32,000 nucleotides of DNA from Halogeometricum borinquense DSM 11551 (GCF_000172995.2 NC_014729.1:2070001-2102000); one strand, 5' to 3'. Shown: positions 6,660 through 14,104, counted from the stretch's first letter. Made by a program: numbers and translations. The notes: generated by a model from the sequence alone, not told the origin.

Positions 6660-8176
6660 TTGTCGTCGAAGCGGGTATCGCCAGTCTCGTCGTGACTGGT
6701 GAGTTTGTCCTTGCCGTAACTTAGTGCTATACCAGTCAATAATGCTCCGAACGCGACAGTGATATTCTCGAAGAGACCAGCCCCTTGTGGGCCGACCATG
6801 TCGAGTTCGGATTGCAACATCGACGCAAGCGTCGCGTGATCGGTTTGGGACTCGATTGCCTTGTATACCACTGCTGCGACACCAGTGCTGATCCCTACGT
6901 CAGTTAGAAAATCTCGAAATGTGCTTTCCTCGGGGAGTTCCCCCTGTTGGAGTTCCGAAAGGATATCGTTACTGAGAGTCTCGAATTCGGAGACGAGTTG
7001 TTTGTGCTTTTCGACTAACTTCTGCTGGTCCTGTGAGAGGCCCATCTCGGAGAGATCGTGGTCATGTGAGACCGTCACGGCCAATCCGTCTCGAAGTGGA
7101 GTCGGTGTCTCCTCTCTCAGCGTCGTCTCACCAGCCGCTGGTTCCACGGTTACTCCCGTCGCTGCGCTGAGCTCGTTGATCTCCGTCGCTAACTCTTCAA
7201 GATCCGCAACAGCAGACTGCAGTTGTTCTAACTTCTCGGGGTCGATATCTAATAGGACACCTTGGGTAGCTTCCTCTTCGATGATTGCCTGCTCCGTGTC
7301 GCCCATCGAGGGAATATACTCCGAGACGTCTTTCGGTGAGCGCTGAACGTGCACGTCGGAGTGCTCCATGCGATGTACGCCGATTTTCCCACCTTGCATC
7401 ACGCGCTGGGCGGTTTCTTCGGCTTCCCGCTCTAAGCGTGGGTCAGGATCAATTTCTAACGAACCCTCTTGGGGGAGCATCGACACCGCGCCACCAGTTT
7501 GTTGGCGCACGTGTGCGAGTTCGTGGGCGAGAATATGCTGGCCTTCAGCACTTGATGGATCGTATTCGCCGTGGTTGAACGCGATGTGATTCCCCACAGT
7601 AAACGCGCGGGCGTTGATGTCTTCGCAGGCTTTCGCGGCGGATGGATCCGTGTGGATTCGAACGTCGCTCAGATTGTCGCCCATTCGGTCTTCCATCGCG
7701 CGCTGAATCGAGGTGTCGAGTTGTTGGCCCGGCGAGGAAATAACGTCTCGTACGGAGTCGGGCACGTTCGCGTCGCCAGCCTTTGACGCCTCATGATGCG
7801 CGCCACGACTGCGCTGGACAGATTTAGCGTTCCGGCGCTCGATGTCTTTGGGAACTTCGGCAGGGCGCTCCTGCTGACGCTGGCGGAACGCGCGCATGTC
7901 GCGTGGCTTGCCCATCGTATCGACGGTCATGCCTTCGTCGGCCCATTCTCGGACTTGGTCTGCGCCGTGTTTCTTGGCCAGTCGCTGAATCTTCGTATCC
8001 AGCCCGTCCATGTATATTTCGACGCCGAATCGTGATTCACACTCTTGGGGTGTTAGCGATCCACCGCCACCACGACTCTGATTTCGATTCGAGCCTCCCG
8101 TCAGCTCTTGAATAGACGGAACGGACGAGGACTCTTTGCTCGGAGTCGTCCGCTCGTTTGCAGACCGAAATCCCAT
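6656..8176 (-). CDS. DUF4157 domain protein (zincin-like HExxH), 506 aa, with a divergent C-terminal tail ending in two hydrophobic segments (islet gene A)
   Basis: The track ORF 6656..8269 starts at a TTG; I trimmed it to the ATG at 8176..8174 (MGFRSANERTT...), which sits 27 nt downstream of a TATA box. The DUF4157 hallmark is present: GQQLDTSIQRAMEDRMGDNLSDVRIHTDPSAAKA...ARAFTVGNHIAFNHGEYDP...GQHILAHELAHVRQQ. The C-terminus has GISTGVAAVVYKAI and GLFENITVAFGALLTGIALSYG. Confidence 0.85.
   Translation of the reverse strand: MGFRSANERTTPSKESSSVPSIQELTGGSNRNQSRGGGGSLTPQECESRFGVEIYMDGLDTKIQRLAKKHGADQVREWADEGMTVDTMGKPRDMRAFRQRQQERPAEVPKDIERRNAKSVQRSRGAHHEASKAGDANVPDSVRDVISSPGQQLDTSIQRAMEDRMGDNLSDVRIHTDPSAAKACEDINARAFTVGNHIAFNHGEYDPSSAEGQHILAHELAHVRQQTGGAVSMLPQEGSLEIDPDPRLEREAEETAQRVMQGGKIGVHRMEHSDVHVQRSPKDVSEYIPSMGDTEQAIIEEEATQGVLLDIDPEKLEQLQSAVADLEELATEINELSAATGVTVEPAAGETTLREETPTPLRDGLAVTVSHDHDLSEMGLSQDQQKLVEKHKQLVSEFETLSNDILSELQQGELPEESTFRDFLTDVGISTGVAAVVYKAIESQTDHATLASMLQSELDMVGPQGAGLFENITVAFGALLTGIALSYGKDKLTSHDETGDTRFDDK
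7340..7687 (-). repeat. Direct repeat copy 1 (DUF4157-encoding block inside gene A)
   Basis: See 5443..5790: same orientation, offset 1897 bp. Confidence 0.85.
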
Positions 8177-8202
8177 TCTTACTGCAAACTTGATAGCTAT
8201 CC

Positions 8203-8216
8203 TATATAATTGTTCG
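8203..8216 (-). promoter_or_regulatory. Archaeal BRE/TATA promoter for islet gene A (leaderless or near-leaderless transcript)
   Basis: The minus strand reads CGAACAA TTATATA, followed by 26 nt, then the ATG at 8176. This spacing is typical for haloarchaeal leaderless genes. Confidence 0.55.
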
Positions 8217-8404
8217 TTCCTCGGCTTCGTGGTGTGCAGATATGGGGGACGGATCGGCGTATGTGCCAATTACTTCGGAGATATTCGACCAAAAACCGCC
8301 GAAATATGGGATCAAGTGTTTGCGTTTTGCTCGAATCAGATACGCTGAACAATACTGCCAGACGGCAGCAAAGTGCAAGTACGCGCGGTACTGATTGTCA
8401 AGAT

Positions 8405-9205
8405 ATGCGTTCCGGAGATGCCGCGTTCGGGGACGAGGCACTGGTCCAGATGCGGTGGCGCGACGCGCTGTTCGCCCACTGGGAGACTGACCCGGAAACG
8501 GTAGCCGGACGCCTCCCGCCGGGTGTCGAGGTTGCCACGTTCGACGGTCACGCGTGGCTCGGCGTCGTCGCGTTCGTTATGGAGGATATCCGCCCGTGCG
8601 GTGTCCCGTTCGGTCTCTCTTTTCCTGAGTTGAACCTTCGGACGTACGTTACACGCTCAGTGGACGACGCTGAACGTTCTGAAGACGATACCGAACGGTC
8701 AGGAGACGGCGCTGAAGCGAGTTCGACCGGCCACCGAACGCAGTCCGGAGACAGCGCCCGCGCGGTGTACTTTTTCAATCTCGATGCCGACGACAGACTC
8801 GGCGTCGCCCTCGCACGGTTGCTGTACTCGCTTCCGTACTACCGAGCAGATATGCGCGTCCGAAGCGGTGCGGACGAATCTATCGAATTCGCCAGTCAGC
8901 GCACCCACTGGAACGCGCCCCCTGCGCACTTCGATGCGACCTACGAACCCGTCGGTGACGACTTCACACCGGAACCCGGTACGCTTGAACACTTCTTTGT
9001 CGAGAACTATCGGTTCTACACGGTCGGGCGGCGACTCTACTACGGTGACATTTCGCATCCCCCGTGGCCGCTTTATGAAGCAAACGCCGAGATTCGGTCG
9101 AACACGCTATTCGCAGCCAACGGGTTCGAGACGCCGACCGACGAACCAGTGGTACACTACTCACCGGGAATCGAAGTGACGGCCGGACGTATCCACCGGG
9201 CCTGA
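8405..9205 (+). CDS. DUF2071 (YqjF-like) family protein
   Basis: ORF 8210..9205 trimmed to the ATG at 8405 (MRSGDAAFGDEALVQMRWRDALFAHWETDPETVAGRLPPGVEVATFDGHAWLGVVAFVMEDIRP). The W-x-D-x-LF-x-HW...LP-x-G...D-x-F-x-G-x-AW-x-GVV-x-F pattern is the DUF2071 N-terminus. An acidic 3x7-aa repeat insertion is present. Confidence 0.8.
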   Translation: MRSGDAAFGDEALVQMRWRDALFAHWETDPETVAGRLPPGVEVATFDGHAWLGVVAFVMEDIRPCGVPFGLSFPELNLRTYVTRSVDDAERSEDDTERSGDGAEASSTGHRTQSGDSARAVYFFNLDADDRLGVALARLLYSLPYYRADMRVRSGADESIEFASQRTHWNAPPAHFDATYEPVGDDFTPEPGTLEHFFVENYRFYTVGRRLYYGDISHPPWPLYEANAEIRSNTLFAANGFETPTDEPVVHYSPGIEVTAGRIHRA

Positions 9206-9279
9206 GGCTCCCATCGCTGTCGGCCAAGTAATCGATAGAAATCGACGGGTTTCAAGCGGTGAAAGACACAGTAGCTGAT

Positions 9280-9738
9280 ATGATACTCGACACTGTGATG
9301 ACCACGGCTCACGTCCTCACGGGCGCGCTCTGGGTCGGAAGCGTCGTGTTCGTCGCTGGCGTGGTGCTGCCTACCGCTCTCGACGGGTCGCTCGACGCCG
9401 AACCGTTGGAAACGTTCGCCGACAAACTCGTCTTCGGGTCGCGCGCCGCGTCGGTGATCATGTTCTTCACTGGCGGACATCTCGCCGGTACAAGATACAC
9501 GTTCGACCTCCTCATGAACGAGAGTCGCGGTCACCTGGTCCTCGCTATGTTGGTCCTCTGGCTCGTCCTTACCGCGCTCGTCGAAATCGGCCGGAGCCGA
9601 CTCGTCGATGGCCTCAGAGAGAAACGCGTCCGCACGCCGGCAGAGAACGCCGCAGATATCTTCCGCGCGGCGGCAGTCGTCGGCATCCTCCTCCTCGTCG
9701 ATGCCGGACTCTTGGCTTCCGGTATCACGCTCTATTGA
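9280..9738 (+). CDS. Small polytopic membrane protein (about 4 TM; CopD-like / DUF2269-like)
   Basis: The track ORF starts at GTG 9259; the first ATG is in frame at 9280 (MILDTVMTTAHVLTGALWVGSVVFV...). It has four hydrophobic stretches, and an H-x6-W-x-G motif resembles CopD-type proteins. The family call is tentative. Confidence 0.55.
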   Translation: MILDTVMTTAHVLTGALWVGSVVFVAGVVLPTALDGSLDAEPLETFADKLVFGSRAASVIMFFTGGHLAGTRYTFDLLMNESRGHLVLAMLVLWLVLTALVEIGRSRLVDGLREKRVRTPAENAADIFRAAAVVGILLLVDAGLLASGITLY

Positions 9739-9759
9739 GACTCCGGAGCGATATTGAGA

Positions 9760-9777
9760 TAGTATAGACATATACTA
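9760..9777. repeat. Perfect 7-bp inverted repeat with a 4-nt spacer (TAGTATA-gaca-TATACTA) in an AT-rich intergenic region
   Basis: Read directly from the sequence. It lies 22 nt after the stop of the membrane-protein gene and upstream of the next operon. It could be a terminator hairpin or an operator. Confidence 0.4.
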
Positions 9778-9835
9778 CAGAATATATATTATATCCGATA
9801 TTTTTATCATTCGAGCGGTCGGACCGCCGAACGAG

Positions 9836-9964
9836 ATGCAAGGGGACGACCACTCCGCCGACGAAACCGCCCCGCTGACCATCGAACTTTGTAGACAGGA
9901 CGGACGCATCGTCGTTCGTCGGGATACCGCGCTGGGCACGTTCTCCCGCACAATCGAGCGATGA
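9836..9964 (+). CDS. Possible small ORF (42 aa), translationally coupled to the metallophosphoesterase gene
   Basis: Below the track size cut-off. ATG at 9836, reading MQGDDHSADETAPLTIELCRQDGRIVVRRDTALGTFSRTIER. Its TGA (9962-9964) overlaps the ATG at 9961 (ATGA). An AT-rich, TATA-like stretch lies at 9785-9820 just upstream. This is a GC-rich genome, so a chance ORF is possible. Confidence 0.3.
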   Translation: MQGDDHSADETAPLTIELCRQDGRIVVRRDTALGTFSRTIER

Positions 9965-10995
9965 GGGATGGTTCCACCGGTGTTTCAGCGGACCAGCGAA
10001 CGCCGCCCGCAGCAGACGCCGGACCGCTTCTCGCTCGCCTCCGACAGCCAACCTCCCACACGCGAACGCGAATCGCTGTCGTCTCTGACCCCCACCTCAC
10101 ACCGACGGCGACCGGAACATGGAAAGTGTATCACCGAACCGAGACGCGCCTCCGCGCCGCCATCGCCGCCATCAACGACCTGAACGTCGATGCGACACTC
10201 AGCCTCGGCGATCTGACGAGAGATGGCCATCCCGAAGAGTTCGACTGCGTGGACGAACTGCTTGCCGACCTCGATACACCGTTCGTCTCCGTCCCCGGCA
10301 ATCACGACGTCCCGAAACAGTGGGACGACTACGAGGCACCGACGGTAGACGAATTCGGGGCTCGATACGCCCGCGGCGCGTTCCCATTCCACGTGAGCGT
10401 CGGCGGCGTCGATCTCATCGGCTTGGATACCGCCAGCGGCGACGGCACACTGTATGATTCCCATGAAGGTCTCGTCCCGTCCGAACACGTGGCGTGGTTG
10501 GACGAGACGCTGTCCGAGGTGGAGTCACCGATCGTCGCGTCCCATCACAACGTGTTCCACCCGCGCGAACACACCGGGCAGTTCGCTGACGAGGATTTCT
10601 ATCAACTCCGAAACGCCGACGAGGTGGTCGAGGTGCTGTCGAGCGGAGGGGATCCGCTCGTCCTCTCGGGACACATCCACTGGCCTGCGACGGCCCGACG
10701 AGGCGGCGTCCGGGAGATCATCGCCCCCGCAACGTGTTCGTTCCCGCAGGCTGCGATACTTCTCGATGTCGGTCCGCTCGGAACCGAGGTTCGGATGGTC
10801 CCGCTCGCCGGGCCGAACGGGGTGGCCGAGGCGTACTCGCTCGCACAAACTGGGAACGCGCACGGACAAAGCATCGTGTCACACGCCGACAGAGGCGTCC
10901 TCACGGATTTCCCACTCGTTGACGAATTCGAGTGGACAGCAAACACGCGCGCTGATGTTGCTGCGGACGTTCCGGGGGCGGTCCGATGGCGATGA
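9961..10995 (+). CDS. Metallophosphoesterase (calcineurin-like phosphoesterase family)
   Basis: 344-aa ORF carrying the motifs IAVVSDPHL, LGDLTRDG, PGNHD, ASHHN and SGHIHW in the canonical order. Confidence 0.85.
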   Translation: MRDGSTGVSADQRTPPAADAGPLLARLRQPTSHTRTRIAVVSDPHLTPTATGTWKVYHRTETRLRAAIAAINDLNVDATLSLGDLTRDGHPEEFDCVDELLADLDTPFVSVPGNHDVPKQWDDYEAPTVDEFGARYARGAFPFHVSVGGVDLIGLDTASGDGTLYDSHEGLVPSEHVAWLDETLSEVESPIVASHHNVFHPREHTGQFADEDFYQLRNADEVVEVLSSGGDPLVLSGHIHWPATARRGGVREIIAPATCSFPQAAILLDVGPLGTEVRMVPLAGPNGVAEAYSLAQTGNAHGQSIVSHADRGVLTDFPLVDEFEWTANTRADVAADVPGAVRWR

Positions 10996-11753
10996 TCGAG
11001 ACACACCTCGAAGAGGCGACACAGTTGATACGACGTGAACGTCGCCGCTCAGTAGACGAACGCCAAGCGTTCCGGGCGTTCCGGTCAGCCGTCGCCGACG
11101 TTCGACCCACCGCTACGGCGGGCAAAACTGGCGGCCCGTTGACAACGAAGTCGCTCACATATGGGTCGGCGTCCCCCTCGTTGGACACGATTCGACGTGA
11201 ATACGAACGAACCGTGATGGCGGTCCCCCACTACGAGGACGAGTACGGCGATACCTACACCGAGAGCGTCACTGCCGAGTTCGGAGAAGACGTTGCCGCC
11301 GCGATAACCCAGGGAAGCACCCTCACGCCGAACCTCCGACAGGCCGTTGTCGCCGGTGCAACGGCCGCGATGGAGGAACGAACTGAGTTCGTCTCGTTGC
11401 TCGATACAGAGTCCGATTCCGTCGAGGCGGTTCGAACGACGGTTCACTCAGCGGTGGAGACGCTTCGAGCGCTAGATGACGAACCGCTTTCAAAGCGGTC
11501 GTTCGAGAATCTCACTCGCCTCCGCGAATCTGTCGTCTCCGTTCGGGACCGACTGGACGAGGCGGCGGTGCGTCGGCAGACCACGCTGCGTTCACACCGC
11601 AGGAACCTCTCGAATCGCGTTCCGGACGTGACGATGTATCTGTACGAACCGCTCGCAGTCGAGTACCCCGCACTGAACGCGCTCGCCAGCGCCCGAGAGA
11701 TCGTTGAGGCGGCACTCCGGCGGCTTGACCGGCAGTTGATCGCCGCGCTCTGA
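10986..11753 (+). CDS. Conserved-looking hypothetical protein, helical and acidic, about 253-255 aa
   Basis: ATG at 10986, or an in-frame ATG at 10992 that forms an ATGA overlap with the upstream TGA (10993-10995). Composition is coherent and halophile-like. I cannot name a motif with confidence. Confidence 0.7.
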   Translation: MAMIETHLEEATQLIRRERRRSVDERQAFRAFRSAVADVRPTATAGKTGGPLTTKSLTYGSASPSLDTIRREYERTVMAVPHYEDEYGDTYTESVTAEFGEDVAAAITQGSTLTPNLRQAVVAGATAAMEERTEFVSLLDTESDSVEAVRTTVHSAVETLRALDDEPLSKRSFENLTRLRESVVSVRDRLDEAAVRRQTTLRSHRRNLSNRVPDVTMYLYEPLAVEYPALNALASAREIVEAALRRLDRQLIAAL

Positions 11754-11817
11754 CGCTTTCATCGCTACAGGTTGTCTCCACCGACACGTTTCGCCCGCCC
11801 GTGGAGATAGCCGACAG

Positions 11818-11827
11818 TATATTTTAT
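11818..11827 (+). promoter_or_regulatory. TATA-like box (TATATTTTAT) upstream of the ydbS/ydbT-like pair
   Basis: It is an AT island in GC-rich intergenic DNA. Its centre lies about 29 nt upstream of the ATG at 11852 and about 90 nt upstream of the ydbS-like ATG. Confidence 0.4.
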
Positions 11828-11913
11828 CACCGCGGCGGAACGTCTTCCAACATGAAGCCGACAGGCTCTGCCACGGCGTCACGTTCTTCGAACGCTCTCG
11901 TCTACGCCAACCG

Positions 11914-12381
11914 ATGAATCGACTCGATCCGCGCGTCCGACTGCTCTGGGTCGGGAGTGCGGCGCTCACCGCACTCGTCATCGGCGCACTGCTGTTTGCG
12001 GTCGTCCAGTTCGTCTCACCACCGTTTCTCCCCTCGTGGAGTCCGTACGCCGCCACTGCGGTTGTGTTCGTCCTCGGGGCGAGTCTGGCAATCGCCCGGT
12101 ATCGGTCGTGGGGATACGAGGTGCGCGAGGACTCGCTGTACCTCGAACGCGGCGTCTTCACGCGCGTACGGACAGTCGTCCCGTTCGTCCGTATCCAACA
12201 CGTCGATTCCTCCCGTGGCCCGGTAGAACGGGTCATCGGCTTGGCGAGTACTGTCGTCTACACCGCCGGATCACGTGGTGCAGACGTGTCGGTTCCGGGA
12301 CTTACCGCAGACAGCGCGGACGAGTTGCGGGAGCGGTTGAAACGCCTCGCCATCCGGTCTGAAGGTGAAGACGCCGTCTGA
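11914..12381 (+). CDS. Bacterial PH-domain (bPH_2) membrane protein, YdbS-like
   Basis: 155 aa. An N-terminal TM hairpin is followed by YRSWGYEVREDSLYLERGVFTRVRTVVPFVRIQHVDSSRGPVERVIGLASTVVYTAG, the bPH_2 pattern. The stop overlaps the next start (TGATG). Confidence 0.8.
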   Translation: MNRLDPRVRLLWVGSAALTALVIGALLFAVVQFVSPPFLPSWSPYAATAVVFVLGASLAIARYRSWGYEVREDSLYLERGVFTRVRTVVPFVRIQHVDSSRGPVERVIGLASTVVYTAGSRGADVSVPGLTADSADELRERLKRLAIRSEGEDAV

Positions 12382-14072
12382 TGGTCACCCAACATCTCTC
12401 CCCCCTGTCGGTTCCCTATCGCGTCCTCCAACGTGGCGGGAGCATCGTCGCCGCCCTCGGGTTTGCTCTCGCTACGGGGGGGTTCAGCCTTCCGTTCGCC
12501 GGCATCACCGGTCCACTCGTCCTCGTCGGACTGGCGAGTCTCTTCGCTATTGCTCTCGTGGCCTACGAGTTCGCCTACTACCGACGGTTTACCTACGAAC
12601 TCACCGCAGATACGTTCGATATCGAGTCCGGCGTGTTCGCCCGTCGAAACCGCGAGATTCCGCTCGGGCGCATTCAGAACGTGGATATCTCGCGTAACGT
12701 GATCCAGCGAGCGATGGGCATTGCCGCCGTCTCGTTCGAGACGGCCGGCGGGACGGAAACAGAGGCAAAACTTCGGTTCGTGTCCTTCGAGGAAGCAAAA
12801 CGACTCCAGCGGGAACTGGGCCGTCTGAAGCGCGGCGAGTCGGCCGACGAGGATGCCGACACGCCCGTCGCGGAGGAACTCTTCAAACTCGAAGGCCGCG
12901 AACTCGGAATCCTCGGTGCGCTCTCGTTCGACTTCCGCGTGCCCGGTATTATTTTCCTCTTTTTCTCGGGGTCGCTCACGGTCGTCACGTCCTTGTTCCC
13001 CAGCGATCTGGGACCTGTCGTGGTCGTCCTCGGGACGTTCGTGCTCCTCCTCCTCGTGATTCTGGCGTCGTGGATAACCGGCGCAGCCATCGCCATCGTG
13101 AACTACTACGGGTTCCGTCTCGTCCAGTCGGCGGACGAACTTCAGTACGAACGCGGGTTGCTCCAGCGATACGATGGATCGATCCCCTTCGATAAGGTGC
13201 AAACGCTGACGATAGCGGACAACCCGCTGAAGCGCTGGGCGGGGTACGCTACACTGTTGGTCGAGACGGCAGGATACGCGCCCGGACAGGGCGACTCCGG
13301 GTCGTCACGTGGATCGGAGGCTGCCGTCCCAATCGCCAGCCGTGAGCGCATCGAGGACCTCGTCAACGATATCGAACCGGTCGGATCACCCGACTTCCGT
13401 CGCCCGCCGAAACGAACCCGCCGACGCTACTTCGGGCGGTACAGCATCGTCATCGGAGCGGCGACGGCGGTACTGTCCGTCGCAGGCTCTGTCGCCAGTC
13501 TCGGACTCCCGTGGTACGCACCGCTGGCGCTCATCCCCGTCGCGGCCGTCGCCGCACACTACAAGTGGAAACACCGCGGCCTGTGGCTGGGTGAGAACCA
13601 CGTCGTCACCCGAAACGGCGTCCTGAAGCGCGAGACGAAAATCGTCCCCTACTACCGCATCCAGACGGTGATCGACTCGCGAACCATCTTCCAGCGCCGT
13701 CTTCGACTCGCGACCGTCACTATCGACACCGCTGGGTCGCTTTCACTCGGGGGACAGGACGTCGCTGCTGTAGACATCGACACCGACTACGCCGACGAAC
13801 TCCGCGACGAACTGGAGTCGCGTCTCCGTGTCGCCGTCGCCGCACACCGACAGGGCCGCGTCGGCATCGGTGCCGACGACGAACTGTCCGTCACGGAATC
13901 GGTCGAACAGTCGAAATCCGAACAGGATGGAACTGCTGACACGGCGCATTCGGATCCCGATGACGCCGTAGACAATGCCGCAGATGGGGCCACAGACGGT
14001 CCCTCAGATGACGCGACAGATGACGCCGATCCGTTCGTCTGGGATACAGCGAGCGATGACAACAGTAAATAG
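12381..14072 (+). CDS. Triple bPH_2-domain membrane protein, YdbT-like, with an acidic C-terminal tail
   Basis: 563 aa with three repeats of the TM hairpin plus the pattern Y-x-L-x-x-x-x-L-x-x-x-x-G-x-x-x-R-x-x-x-x-I-P-x-x-R-IQ-x-V (RRNREIPLGRIQNVD, YDGSIPFDKVQTL, RETKIVPYYRIQTV). Confidence 0.85.
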   Translation: MVTQHLSPLSVPYRVLQRGGSIVAALGFALATGGFSLPFAGITGPLVLVGLASLFAIALVAYEFAYYRRFTYELTADTFDIESGVFARRNREIPLGRIQNVDISRNVIQRAMGIAAVSFETAGGTETEAKLRFVSFEEAKRLQRELGRLKRGESADEDADTPVAEELFKLEGRELGILGALSFDFRVPGIIFLFFSGSLTVVTSLFPSDLGPVVVVLGTFVLLLLVILASWITGAAIAIVNYYGFRLVQSADELQYERGLLQRYDGSIPFDKVQTLTIADNPLKRWAGYATLLVETAGYAPGQGDSGSSRGSEAAVPIASRERIEDLVNDIEPVGSPDFRRPPKRTRRRYFGRYSIVIGAATAVLSVAGSVASLGLPWYAPLALIPVAAVAAHYKWKHRGLWLGENHVVTRNGVLKRETKIVPYYRIQTVIDSRTIFQRRLRLATVTIDTAGSLSLGGQDVAAVDIDTDYADELRDELESRLRVAVAAHRQGRVGIGADDELSVTESVEQSKSEQDGTADTAHSDPDDAVDNAADGATDGPSDDATDDADPFVWDTASDDNSK

Positions 14073-14104
14073 CCGCTCTTGACGACACAGAACCGACGGC
14101 GAGG

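Noticed and set aside
12258-13202. 314-aa minus-strand ORF
   Set aside because: It is antisense to the ydbS/ydbT-like genes, which have clear repeated bPH motifs. This is a shadow ORF.
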